DNA of 64,000 nt from Octopus sinensis. Lineage: Eukaryota. Positions 1-12,617 of the stretch are shown here, one piece after another (position 1 is the stretch's first letter; every line of letters starts with the position of its first letter). The position numbers were made by a program, and so were the translations under genes. A model generated the notes under the pieces. The model was given only the letters and a program-made list of their open reading frames with translations. It had not been told where the DNA came from and searched no databases. The DNA lies in contig NC_043002.1 in NCBI RefSeq assembly GCF_006345805.1, forward strand, positions 51,646,001 through 51,710,000, written 5' to 3'.

Positions 1-308
1 CTTCAGTGTGTCCCATTCCTTGAAGATAAAACCCTCTGACCCTACAGGCTAGCAATCGATCATACTCACTCCAAATATCTCATAAATAATGGAGATTGCC
101 ATTAACAATATAGCGACGCAAGTCATAATAAACCTTTATCGGCGGTAATATGACGTAATGGTCATGTTTCCCGAATAAGTATAGTTGTTAGTTTTCCATT
201 GGTTAAAATTACTGCCCATATTTGAATTCTAAACTTTTGTCAAAGAGAAATCTTTCACCACGAAATACGGTTCTAAGAGTTCAGGTACGAGCAGTTATAA
301 AAACCCTG

Positions 309-739
309 GGATCTTTTCGGTTTGACCAGCAGTTTTTTAAAAATAATTACCACGTAACTAAACACTTAAACTTCGTATACTGGTAGAATGTGTTTATAAA
401 ACATCTTTTTCTCTTGGCTTTATTGAGAAAATTCTATAGTTTGTAAGATATTTGTTTTTTTTCTTCAATTTCTGCAATTTCAACCAATCAATGACGTCTA
501 TTGAGGTGAAAACATTCTGTGCCATATGAATATGTCCCTCGTTTAAGAAACAGATTGGGTTTATTTACATTTCTGAAGAAAAAAAGTACCCTTCCCCCAC
601 TCCTAACCCTAACCCTAACTAACCCTAACTAACCCTAACCCTAAAACAGATGCAATAGATCGATACTAGGGTCATAATTATGGGAGACAATTTCATATGA
701 TACCGCTAGAAAAAACTGCCGTTCAAACAGAAAAGATCC
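309..739 (+). mobile_element. MITE with ~28-bp TIRs, 8-bp TSD and internal (CCCTAA)n; Merlin-like by its GG termini and 8-bp TSD
   Basis: Starts GGATCTTTTCGGTTTGACCAGCAGTTTTT and ends AAAAACTGCCGTTCAAACAGAAAAGATCC; flanked by AAACCCTG at 301-308 and 740-747; telomere-type repeats at ~602-643. Confidence 0.85.
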
Positions 740-1062
740 AAACCCTGATTTTTGGGAGATTAATCAGTGTTCGTTGGTTGTCACTCGATTTCACGACACT
801 CACTCTCATTCGTTGGTTGTCACTCATTTCCACGTGACTCGATCTCTGAGGATATTGGCTATTGTTATGCCATGTCTATTACTTAATTCAACAAGGCTAT
901 TTTGAACTGCTGTGTAAAACTCTAGTAGCTTAGTATGGAAGAATTAGTTAATATAAATTTAATGTCGTAATTCTCTTCTACAATTTTCTTTTGACTTATA
1001 ATAAGGTACTGTAAAATTTTAAATGTACGTAAATAAACTAATTTAATAAATAATTTCTCTTT

Positions 1063-3165
1063 CGTCATTTTCTTCAACCTGTTAATGAAATTTATTTCTG
1101 TGACTATGAAACTGTTATTATAGCCGTGTAAAAGAACGAGCTTATCTATCTTCAAAATACATGCAGGTTCAGCGTCTTGGTGTGTATAATTCATTACGGC
1201 GTTTATGCAGCCTGAGTTAAGATTTATGTATAGTGATAACACTTATAATTATGTTATAAGTGACATGCTTTTCGCCATAGATTTCTATTCAATAAACATC
1301 TATATTTATTATCTTTTCCAAGTTCGAACATGTTATAGATTGGTGACGAACCGATGTTGATTACGAAGTCTACTCGGGAGAATAATCACCATATAAGCTA
1401 GATAAATCACCCTTATAAAAAGTGGTGACCCTTGTGAAAAATATATAGAATTTTATATAGAATATAGTCGACAGTTTCATTAACTAAAATTTTATTAACG
1501 AAAATACTTAATATTGGTGAGGGAAGAAAGAACGCTGAAGAAATAAACAATAATAGTCGTAAAATGTTTTAACTGCACTTTCTAGTAAGCTAAATTTATA
1601 CTGCATAGCTGTTGAAAGCATTATTTCACTAAGTGAAAAATTTTCTTCTTGAAAATTTTAATATATTTGAGTGGAAGAAAATATTAAAGTGTTTGAAATG
1701 TCTTATTTCGATAGAGGTTATATGCAAGCTTATATGACAGTTTTGCCTCCTGTTTGGACGGGAGATACCATTATCTGGTTTGTTCTATTAGAAGCAAGTT
1801 CTGCAGCAAACAGAATAACAACAGACACGAAAACATAATATTATGTTAAGCAACTTACAAACACCTCGGAGCAATGAAATTAGAGACTTATTAAGAGATC
1901 TTACAGAACCATTTTCGTATTCTTCCGTAAAGGAAGAGATACTAAAGACGACTTCCAACTCCAAGCAAAAAGAATTTGCTAAGCTGTTCAATAACGAACA
2001 ACTAGGCGACAGAATACCTACTCAACTTCTTCGAAGAATGAAAGAGCATCTCGGAAATCATCAGGTAGAAGAGTCTTACTTAAAGAAATTTTCTTTGGCA
2101 AATTGCCTCATAGTGCTTAGACTCTACTTTCAGCGATGAAAGAGCAAATCTCTCAAACAATTAGCAGATTTGGTAGATGGTATATTGGAACTATCATCTA
2201 GACCGTCTGTAAAAGCCTTACCATCCATTTCTTCAGAATTGCAGAAGATGAAAGAAACTTATGAAAAACAATTAAAATTATAAAGACAAAATTGAAAGTC
2301 TTCAACTAGAAAAGGAAAAGCGTTCTCATATTGCAGAAATAACGCAAGATGGCGTAGACGATCGAAAAGTCCCAGAAGAAACGCTATATGCTGATACCAT
2401 TCAAAATTCAGTGACAAATCTTATCGTTGTATTAAACCATGCTCATTTGATTTTCTAAACAAAAAAAGGTCGGGAAACTTCTCAACCACAGATTAGACGC
2501 GATGAAATCTGTAGACAAGTTCATAAAAAGTCGCGTATTCTTCGTATTTGACTCTAGCTCCAAACAAAGATTCTTAGTTGATACATGAGCAGCTTGTTCC
2601 ATTTGGCCTGCTAAACTTTTAAAAGTGAAACCTAAGCCTGCTTATTTGACCCCATAAGCAGTTAATCAGTCTGATATCCAGACATTTGGAGAAATTAGTT
2701 TAACTCTAGGTTTACATTTAAGAAGAGAATATAAGTGGATTTTCATTGTAGCAGATTTGCCTTATCCTATATTGGGGGGGGGGCTGATAAATCCATCAAA
2801 GTGTGTTTTCTTCATTTTCTTCAACCTGTTAATGAAATTTATTTCTGTAACTATGAAACTGTTATTATAGCGGTGAAAAAGAGCGAGCACATTTATCAAC
2901 ATACTTGCACGTTCAGCGTCTTAGTGTGTATAATTCATTACGGCATTTATGCAGCCTGAGTTAAGATTTATGTATAGTGAAAATACTTATAATTAAGTTA
3001 TAAGTGACGGGTTTATCACTATAGATTTCTACTCAATAAACATCTATATTTATTATCTTTTCCAAGTTCGAACACGTTATAGATTGGTGACCAATCGACG
3101 TTGATTACGAAGTCTACTCGGGAGAATAATCACCATATAAAGCTAGATAACTCACCGTTATAACA
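1063..3165 (+). mobile_element. Internally deleted Ty3/Gypsy LTR retrotransposon (gag resembling the CsRN1/Mag type)
   Basis: Direct repeats ~1063-1420 and ~2810-3165 end in TTATAAAA / TTATAACA, with a PBS-like TGGTGACCC at 1423. Degenerate gag and protease lie between them; no RT, RNase H or integrase. The 5' LTR may start further upstream, and no TSD was found. Confidence 0.85.
1740..2790 (+). pseudogene. Gypsy gag and aspartic protease remnants (frameshifts, stops)
   Basis: LPPVWTGDTIIWFVLLEAS (LPPFW..WF motif) at ~1743; EQLGDRIPTQLLRRM in ORF 1843..2139; RFLVDT*A (FLVDTGA with the Gly codon mutated to stop) at ~2570; YKWIFIVADLPYPILG at ~2730. Confidence 0.8.
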
Positions 3166-3199
3166 ACAACCTTCTCTAACACGTGAATCTCTCTCTCTC

Positions 3200-3500
3200 C
3201 CTTCTTAAATACCAATGGCTTTCGTAAAGTTGGATCTACTGGAGATCGATTCATTATATCTCTTACCAGTGAGCTGGCGCCATAGAAAAATTTGGTGTTG
3301 TTGCACTTGACCTCATCAAAGTATCTAACTGTATCTGATATACGTATATTCCAGCTAAGCTACCAGCTTAAGTGATTCATGTATTATTCATTTATGGACT
3401 GGTAGTTTGCTGTCAAGTCGCCTATACTCATAGAGCTCTCTCTAATTCACATTCTATCGATTCTTGTGTGTCTGAGGTTTCGGTTCGCTTTTCAACTCTC
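3200..3500 (+). pseudogene. Highly decayed non-LTR RT fragment (CR1/Jockey-like)
   Basis: VVALDLIKV resembles xxALDISKAFD, and LSNSHSIDSCVSEVSVRFSTL resembles S...INSGVPQGSVLSPTL. Confidence 0.4.
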
Positions 3501-5855
3501 CCTCTCGCTTCTCCACTCTCCCTCCTATACAGTAATGGCTACCTTACCATCTTCCGCATATACACAATTATACGATACAATCCTTCATTTCATCCTAATC
3601 GTCAGCATGCAAGGGTCATTTACATGCAACCAGGACAGCCCACTGCACACATGAATCCTCAGTGTAGCTCCAAATGCTTAGCCTGAAAATTATGAGGGTC
3701 TCTCTTGCGAATGTGCATCCTTAATAAAGCAAACTCTACACTATAAAGACTGGTGCCTGTCTTTAGAGACAGTAAATTCTTCATCTCTGGAAAATAATTA
3801 ACTCACTATATTACGAATTCGTTTGTTAGCTTTTTTATGACGTCATTACTCAATTTGGAAGATCCTGTTTTACTGCTAACTACAACCTTCTACATATGTA
3901 TGTGACAGATGAATGGATGGAAGGATGGATGGACGGAAATTATGAAATTTTAAAAATATTTCTAGATGTTCGATAATGGTGTAGTTGTAGGCAATTTTTG
4001 GCACCCGCTCTCAATGTAGAGAAACACATTTTTAATGAAAATATGTTTTCCTATTTTCATAAACAATCTTATTTATCGTTATGGTGGCTTAGGTTAGTTA
4101 AGATTAAATTAGTTTATTTATGAAACTATTACAAAGTTTATACTGTGCAGTACATGTCTGTCGGTAGACTGTTTAGGAAGGCCTTTTAGTAATTTAAAGA
4201 ATCTTTTGCAACTAATTTAAAAATTATTTTTTGATAAACTGGAACTAATAGTCTATTACATGTAAATATGAAGGATTTCAAAAATTTTTTTAAATACCCT
4301 GTCTTATGCTGTTTTTAAAAAATATTTGAAATTGATAGCGTCATCTTTATAATTTGTGGTTTATGTAAGTTGACGAATAGGTGAAAAGGGCTTCTTGTAG
4401 CGGCGTTTTATGTCTCTTTAAATCTTTGACTTTTTGTGGCCCTACCGATTGGTTTCAGTCAAATTTATGCTGTATTTGTGCAAAGCAATAGTGATAGCAT
4501 TGTGCTGGTGTAATCTTTTACTTGGCTTTGTAAATAGCCTGTTCTAATAGGAAAGTTAATGATGGTAGGTAGAATAACACAGATTGGGAAACTTCGTTCA
4601 ACTGTCAACGACAGAATAGTAATACCGTATAGATATGTTGTAACTGCGTCATAAAAAAAAATGCTAATAGTTGTGCATATTCAACTAAAATTTTTAACAT
4701 ATTTACAGAAACAAATGACTTAAATACAGAAGAGAAAAAACTGAAATTAATTATAGTGTACAATAACATGTCGCTGTGGTCGTAGAACGCTAGATCAATA
4801 GAGTAACCGAATAATAATTTACAGTAAAGGGAGTGTATTTGAAAAAAGTTAAGTTGCATTGAATAAAGTGCATAAGTTTAATAAAGAATGTTATTTATAA
4901 GCTTTTGAGAAACGTTAGTGACTAATATAATTTAATCGTTTCCGGATTCAGAAATACAAATCTGAATATTACATTTCTATCATGTGCTTGACTCAGTTTC
5001 ATTTTTTAATGGTAATAGAAGTTTGCTTGCTTGCAAATTCAATTTTCCTGACTTAGCAAATTACAAATTGTTTTAACGTTGACGCTCTTCGTCAAAATTA
5101 TCACGGAAAAAAATAATCAGTATTGAATTACAGAAGTGCATGCTACCAAAATTTATCAGCCTAAGCACAATTCGTTGGTTGGTTAGAGGGAAATGTGCAT
5201 ATATAATCCGGTAGTACTGAAAGGAGCTCAAGACCTACTCTGTGTTGAAATGTCGGAAAGGTAAAATCGGTCAAAAGAAAATGACGCGGCACGCAAACTA
5301 AATGATATGATTTGCAGTGAAACCAATAAACTTTATCTTCATTTTATTTTCCGTATTACTTTGAACGCTGTGTCTGTAAAATTTGCTTTTCAAGCTTCAA
5401 ATCCCGACCGCAGCAAACTATTTGAAGGACATAAGAAACTTTGTACGATAAAAAAAAATTATAGAGACTTCCAGTAAAGAGACAAAAGATGAGACCTTCT
5501 CCATGATGCTAAACTCAGAGAAAAGAATATGACCTGAAATGCAGCAACTTGCGTATAGGAAAGGAAAAAAAAAGTCATTAATCAATACTTCTTGAATTTT
5601 TGCCTGAAATTCTAATGTTCAATGACCAAAGAATTGATAATAGAGGCAGATATATGAAAATGAAATAAGTAACATATTTTGATTCAAGTACTACAAAATA
5701 TTACTATGTCGCAGAAAAAAATCGTTAGACAGATTCCCCAAGTCGAGCCAACCGACAGATAACCAAAGGGTAGAGCAAGAACGAGATGATTCTATAACAG
5801 CCGTAATCTCAGTTGGTCACGCTTGGGATCCTGCCGGAAAGAGTAACGACGGTTG

Positions 5856-6277
5856 GGATCTTTTCGGTTTGAACGGCAGTTTTTTCTAGCGGTGTAATAT
5901 GAAATTGTCACCCATAATTATGACCCTAGTATCGATCTATTGCATTTCAATCTGTTTTAGGGTTAGGGTTAATTAGGGTTAGGGGGAAGGGTATCTTTTT
6001 TTCTTCAGAAATGTAAATAAACCCAATCTGTTTCTTAAATGAGGGACATATTCATACGGCACAGAATGTTTTCACCTCAATAGACGTCACTAATTGGTTG
6101 AAATTGCAGAAATTGAAGAAAAAACAACAACAAATATCTTACAAACTATAGAATTTTCTCAATAAAGCCAAGAGAAAAAGATGTTTTATAAACACATTCT
6201 ACCAGTATACGAAGTTTAAAAGTGTTTAGTTGCGTGGAAATTATTTTAAAAAACTGCCGGTCAAACCGAAAAGATCT
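5856..6277 (-). mobile_element. Second copy of the same MITE, in the opposite orientation
   Basis: Reverse complement of 309-739 with the same TIRs; its own TSD GACGGTTG at 5848-5855 and 6278-6285; TTAGGG repeats at ~5957-5983. Confidence 0.85.
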
Positions 6278-6656
6278 GACGGTTGTTATGGGCTCTATCC
6301 AGACTGCCCATCAAGGAACAGTGGGTGAAGATAGAAAGATGAGAGATGGATAGATGTATTTTGACCCAAATGTTATGAAACAATTGGAAACGAATCTAAA
6401 ATGATGTCATAGATGTGACACCATTTTTATGGAGTTAGATCTTGAGATGGAAATCAAAAGACCCTGTGGACATGGAGGCGTGCTTCGAAAGGTAGGAAAG
6501 GTCTACGGTGACACAATATCTGATGCCAACTTGGTGGGAATGACTGATGCAGATGATTCGTAAGAAAATGTCTAATTCCTAAAAACTGATTCTTGTTTTG
6601 ATTGATAATGTTATTGTAAGATTAACTGTACGTTTTAAGGTTGTTAAGCGGTTAGA

Positions 6657-7080
6657 AGGCGGTGAGCCGGCGAAATTGTTACCACGCCGAACCAAATTGC
6701 TTAGCGGCAGTTCTTTCGGCTCCTTACGTACTGAGTTCAAATTCCACCGAGGTCAGCTTTGCCTTTCAACTTTTCGAATTCGAGAAAATAAATATCAGTT
6801 GAGCACTGGGGTCAATGTAATAAAGTAACTCCTCATACTCAAATTGCTGGCCTTGTGCCAAACTTTGACTGAATTATATAAGGCAGTGAGTTGGCAGAGT
6901 CATTAGCACACAGGACAAAATACCGGGCAGCATGTTGTCTGTCTCTACGTTGTGAGATCAAATTCTGCCTAGGTCGACTTTACCTTTCCTCCTTTCGAGA
7001 TTGATAAAGTACGAGAGCACGGGTGTCGACTATGCACCTCTCTTACCACCCCAAATTTCGGGTCTCGTACCTATAGTATA
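6657..7080 (+). mobile_element. Two tandem copies of tRNA-derived SINE family B
   Basis: AAGGCGG(T/C)GAGCTGGCAGAATCGTTAGC...GAGTTCAAATTCC...GGTCGACTTTGCCTTTC...AAGTACCAGTT consensus. Confidence 0.8.
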
Positions 7081-7184
7081 AAAAAATGTTAAGCAATTAG
7101 CTGGAAATTCTGATTACATACGAAAAATTTCCCAAGTGTGTGAAATTTCCAAATAGTCTTAATAAATAAATAGATAAATAAATA

Positions 7185-7587
7185 GGCGCAGGAGTAGCTG
7201 TGTGGTAAGTAGCTTGCTAACCAACCACATGGTTCCGGGTTCAGTCCCACTGCGTGGCACCTTGGGCAAGTGTCTTCTGCTATAGCCCCGGGCCGACCAA
7301 TGCCTTGTGAGTGGATTTGGTAGACGGAAACTGAAAGAAGCCTGTCGTATATATGTATATGTATTTGTGTGTTTGTGTGTCTGTGTTTGTCCCCCTAGCA
7401 TTGCTTGACAACCGATGCTGGTGTGTTTACGTCCCCGTTACTTAGCGGTTCGGCAAAAGAGACCGATAGAATAAGTACTGGGCTTACAAAGAATAAGTCC
7501 TGGGGTCAATTTGCTCGACTAAATGGCGGTGCTCCAGCATGGCCACAGTCAAATGACTGAAACAAGTAAAAGAGAAAGAGTAAAGAG
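7185..7587 (+). mobile_element. tRNA-derived SINE family A (CORE-like, octopus OR2-like), intact copy
   Basis: A-box/B-box head (GTAGCTGTGTGGTAAG ... GGTTCAGTCCC), CTTGGGCAAGTGTCTT core, central microsatellite and a 3' GACTGAAACAAGTAAAAGAG tail; more than 15 copies in the window. Confidence 0.85.
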
Positions 7588-9076
7588 AATATCAATATCC
7601 TACTGATTTTATTGTTGGAGAATTTGAAAGAAAAATTGCAATATTTACCGTCATTACGTAACACAGATTTTGAAAATTAGTATTTAAAATCTTTAAATTA
7701 ATAAATTGATTAATCTACGAGAAACTTGGTTTCCACTAGTTTAAGAGTGTTGTTGGCATATCCAGCCACCGTAGCATGGACAAAAGTATCGTTTAGCAAA
7801 ACTGAAATATCAAAAAGGTCTTTCATATCTTAAAGGTGACTTCTTGATTAAGCGAGATTGACTACCGAATCAATCACGTGTTTCCTCCTATTCTGTTAAG
7901 AACGGACTAAACAGAACTGGAGGAGATACGTGGAATGGAGAGTCCCCGAAGAGGTCACAAAATCTACTTTCATGATATGATTCGACTTATCGCTGCTTTG
8001 TATAATCTATGATTGTTAGGTAGTCATTCTTCTGTCCAGGGAATAAAGCATTCCCTATAAAAATTTGGCTCTGGTTATATTCAGATTGTCTGAGGTAAGC
8101 TTTCATGTTCAATTATGTTGCAAGAATGGCTGTATGGTTAAGAAGTTCGATTTGCAACCACGTGGTTTTGATTTCAGTCCTTACAACACGACACCGTGAG
8201 CAAGTGTCTTTTACTATAGCTCTGGGCTAACTAATGCCTTGAGATTAATCTGGTAGCCGGAAACTGTGAAGAAACCTACCATGTGCGCGTATGTGTGTGT
8301 GGTGTGTTTGTATGTTATACTTGTCCACTCCACCGTTTTACAACCAGTGTTGGTTTGTTTACGTCCTCGTAGCTTAGCTGTTCGGTCAAGGAGACCAATA
8401 AAATGAGTACCAGACTTAAAAGATATTGGGGTCGATTTGTTCGATTAAACCCTTCGGTCGCATCAAATCATTGGCATTCGTCCATATTTTATCATAACTA
8501 GTTTTTTCTACAAGGAAAGAATCTACATCTTTAAAAATTTCATGTAACCATTAAACTATTTTTCCTGGAAATATTTACTTTCGGATTTAAGGTTCACCCG
8601 GAGGTTTAACTCGTTAATTTTCAGGCGATCCGCTTGTTTTGTTTTGCCTTGCAAAATTTTTCTCGGGTAGCCTATATGTAGGTTTGGCGATCATACTTAC
8701 ATTTTAACTTTCTTTTAAATATGTTTAGCTTCTGAAGTACCACATCGTTGAAATACTTTATGCTTATAGCGCGACCTCTAAGCTTATTAAATGGATCAAA
8801 ATTTAAAATTGAATACAGTGCCTGAAGTTTTTTTTAAGAAAACACCATCAACGATGAAAATACAGTGGTTTGTTTCACTGTGTGTGTGAGTGTGTGTAAA
8901 ATATGATAATAAATAGATGGCAGAAATAAAACTTTTTTTTTTACAAATATACAAGCCTGTACGTATGATGAAGACATTTACATTTACACCATTCACTCTT
9001 TTTAGATTATTTCATTAAAACAGAAATATTGAGTTTTTTGTTTCTCATATATTTATATTTACAAGATTGTGCTAGA

Positions 9077-9082
9077 TTTATT
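9077..9082 (-). terminator. Candidate polyadenylation signal for the CHAC1-like mRNA
   Basis: AATAAA on the minus strand about 255 nt after the stop. The context is AT-rich, so support is weak. Confidence 0.3.
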
Positions 9083-9336
9083 TATATATACGTAAATAAT
9101 GACGTATTAATAAAAATGATCGTGTAATCATTATAATTACAATCGTCATAATGTTTTGTGTTAAAAGAATTCTGCACCTTTGTGACGTTATATGTTCGTT
9201 TAAATGGAGGGAATGAAGATTATCAGACTCATGTTTGCATGTGAAAATGAACTGATATGGACAAGACAATATATACAGTCAATGACTGTGACTGTTAATA
9301 AATAGATATAGACCAGATGCAAAATATACAAATATT

Positions 9337-9801
9337 TTACGATATCAATTTCATGCTTCTAATACTGCTGTTTAAAGTTCTTTCATCAAATATGTTCTGG
9401 CTAAATACTGACGATTTCCGATTCCACGACTTATTTTGTTTCTCTAAAATTTTCCCTTCGAGATCGAATAGATGTTCATCTTCATCTTCAGGAATGTAAT
9501 CTCGGATAAATTGAGCAAGCTTCAATACATATTCGGAATTCGTTCCGCATGTACCACTCGCCCAAATAATTTGTTCAGCCATCTGATCTGTATCACAGGG
9601 ACCTAAATACTGAGAATTGTTCGACGTTGCTGTGTAGCAAATAACATTTATTGTCTGGTTGTCAAACGTGTCTCGTGGATGGAACTGGGTTTCAATACAA
9701 CGGTAGCCGCCTAATTTAGTTTCTCGAGTTTCTAGATGAGATAAGGCATCTTGGATGTTCTCTTTTCCGCAGACTTCAAACGCAACACCCCAAACTTGTT
9801 T
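9337..9801 (-). CDS. CHAC1: CHAC1-like coding exon 3 (terminal)
   Basis: T-rich tract plus TAG acceptor (AG at 9803-9802), then KQVWGVAFEVCGKENIQDALSHLETRETKLGGYRCIETQFHPRD...YLGPCDTDQMAEQIIWASGTCGTNSEYVLKLAQFIRDYIPEDEDEHLFDLE, in frame with ORF 9337..9582. The RE-xxx-GGY spacing resembles CHAC1 rather than CHAC2, and the catalytic Glu in RE is present. Spliced CDS is 660 nt (219 aa). Confidence 0.95.
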   Translation of the reverse strand, partial: KQVWGVAFEVCGKENIQDALSHLETRETKLGGYRCIETQFHPRDTFDNQTINVICYTATSNNSQYLGPCDTDQMAEQIIWASGTCGTNSEYVLKLAQFIRDYIPEDEDEHLFDLEGKILEKQNKSWNRKSSVFSQNIFDERTLNSSIRSMKLIS

Positions 9802-9943
9802 CTATACAAAAAAAAAGAAAAGAAAAAGAGAGGTAATAAAATTAAAAATATGCATCTAAAATATACGCAAATATATATAAAAAAACACACACACACACAC
9901 ACATACATATATATATGCGTGTGTGTGTGTATGTATGCAGCAC

Positions 9944-10021
<78 letters not shown>

Positions 10022-10036
10022 TCTCTCTCCATATAT

Positions 10037-10072
<36 letters not shown>

Positions 10073-10073
10073 A

Positions 10074-10177
<104 letters not shown>

Positions 10178-11204
10178 ACACATACATATATGACGAGATT
10201 CAATATAGTTCCTGTCTCCCAATTCACTCACTATGCATTGGTCAGCCCAGGTCTATAGTAAAAGAAATTTGTTCAAGATGTCCTACAGTGGGAATGAAAT
10301 ATGTGATTGAAAAGCGATGTAAAATTTTCTGTTAGACTAAAAAAAAAATTCAAAATGCGTTTAACATTTATTTCTTAATCAACGCATGTGAAACTTTAAC
10401 TAACTCATTCAAATTGAGTCATCTTTGATGTGATAAATAATGATAAAATCGCTGCTACATGACTCAGGATTTCAAGTTAAAATATGTTAACCATACAGTA
10501 CTTCCACAGGCTTGATGGATCACCATCACAAGTGGTGATACATCCTTACGTGAAGTATTCTTACGTGTGTTACGTCATTTGGCCAGTAGTCTGCTGCCGG
10601 TAGTCTGATATTTTGTTAATCCCCGTCAGCTGCAAGTCTTAATTTGGTAGAATAATGTTTCCTTAATTATAAATGAGAACATGTCGACGACAAGGTTTTC
10701 AAATGTGTTTAAGAAATATCGAAACGATTGATGAAAACATTGAGATTTTCATCCTATTAAGCTATTCGCTCGCTATGGAGCGGAGGCTATCGACGACTTT
10801 TCTCCACTGTCCTCGACTCTGTGCAGGAGCACTTCCTCAGTGTGAGGAATAGCATATGTTTCTCCAGAAGATGCTGTAATCTTTTTTTTTTTTCTAGGTA
10901 GACCCATTTTTACCTATGAGAAGATGTGGCCCGTATTAACCTGGCTTCTATCCTTTGGCTTGTTCCGCATGGTGGGTCTTACCAGGGGCTTGCATATCGC
11001 AGGCATAACTCTCAGGGTAATCTATAAGCACCGGCCACCACACAACTACAAGGACGAACCTTGTGGTCATTTTTATTCTATTGTGGACAATTTAAACCTA
11101 TGCTGTATTTGTTTAACCCCAAGTCAGCTCCGATAGATCAGATCTATCGATGATCAAAGACGTTTCAGTTTTTTTTTAAATTCATATAATAGACTCAGAT
11201 ATGC

Positions 11205-11462
11205 TGTGCGGTAAAAAGTGTGCTTCCCCCCACCCATATGGTTCCTGGTTCAGTCCCATTGCGTGGCATATTGGGCAAATGTCCTGTTCTTTAACCTCGA
11301 GCCGACCAAAGCCTTGAAAGTGGATCTGGTTGACGGAAACTGAAAAAAAGCCTGTCGTATGTGTGTGTGTGTGTGTGTGTGGTGTGTGTGTGTGTGTGTG
11401 TGTATGTGTGTAAGGAAGAAAGAGAGAGAGAGAGAGAGAGAGAGTAGAAGGCTTGAAAATAA

Positions 11463-11497
<35 letters not shown>

Positions 11498-11954
11498 ATA
11501 CTAGGTTCGACTCATTCTACTATAATTCTTCAATGCCCTAGTATAGCCGTAGCCAAATGACTGAAATAAGTGAAAGGCAAAATATAACCAGGATATACTT
11601 ACATTTTTACTTTCCACCAAAGTAGCAACACGTCCAGGCTAAAAGGAAAAAAGAAGAAAAGCAAAAAATAAAATTTTAATAAAAATATTAAAACATTTCA
11701 AGATAGTGGATAATAAGATAAGCTATAAAGTGTTTATTTGCTCTAAGTTGTTTTTAGACCGCTATGTCTTAACAGACATAGTAGTGGTCGTCGGATAAAA
11801 TGACAGACATGGCTGCCGTGGTTAGCAAGTTCACTTTGTAACCACGTGGTTTTGGTATCAGTTCTTTCCTGCGTGACACCTTAGGCAAGTATATGCTACT
11901 AAAGTGCTTCTGCACTCCGCCCACTGGTAGACGGAAACTGTGCGGAAATCCCCC

Positions 11955-12007
<53 letters not shown>

Positions 12008-12272
12008 ATATATTCACACACACACATACATACATACATACATACATACATACATACATACATACATTTGAGTGCTTGTGTTGTGTGTGTGTATACGTTT
12101 ATTATTATGAATAATCGGCAGAAGTTACAGAGTGACTCAAGGGTCGAGCGTTTCGTGCTTCGGCACGTATCAGACTTACAAGACCAGTTTGATAAGTGCC
12201 AGTGCACAGAACTCTCGGCCCTGAGTCACTCTGTTACTTCTGCCGATCATTATGCACACACACACACACACG

Positions 12273-12303
<31 letters not shown>

Positions 12304-12440
12304 ACATACACATACAAACTCACACACGAATGTATCTTATATATGTTTGTGTTTATGACCCCCACCTCCATCGCTTGATTAAAAAAAAAAAAGTACTGGG
12401 GGTTGATTTCTTTGTCTAAACCTTTCGAGGCGACGTCCTT
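11205..12440 (+). mobile_element. Two SINE family A copies (11205-11580; 11813-12440) flanking CHAC exon 2
   Basis: Same head, core and tail as 7185-7587, with expanded microsatellites. Confidence 0.75.
11603..11638 (-). CDS. CHAC1: CHAC1-like coding exon 2 (36-nt micro-exon, absent from the ORF track)
   Basis: Polypyrimidine tract plus AG (11640-11639), then CCT GGA CGT GTT GCT ACT TTG GTG GAA AGT AAA AAT (PGRVATLVESKN), then GTAAGT. This is the conserved ChaC PGRV-x-TL segment; phase 0-0. Confidence 0.95.
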
Positions 12441-12573
12441 GAAAGATGTAAGCGATAAAAACAAAAATAAGATATTCAGTAATCGAATCAATAAGTCTTT
12501 CGACCGACCAGAGCTGCTGAGGTCGGGTTTAAACATCAAAACAATAACACAATAAAAACAACAGCAGTAATAG

Positions 12574-12617
<44 letters not shown>

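Noticed and set aside
602-643. TTAGGG/CCCTAA runs as a chromosome end
   Set aside because: They are short, internal to a TSD-flanked MITE and present in both copies.
922-1242. 106-aa minus-strand ORF
   Set aside because: It lies largely in the Gypsy LTR repeat and has no recognisable motif.
4300-5480. Possible decayed hAT pieces (TVERSF on minus; NKLYLHF on plus)
   Set aside because: Only isolated short motifs on opposite strands, with no termini.
7185-7260. tRNA genes at SINE heads
   Set aside because: A and B boxes are present, but no complete cloverleaf; they continue into SINE bodies.
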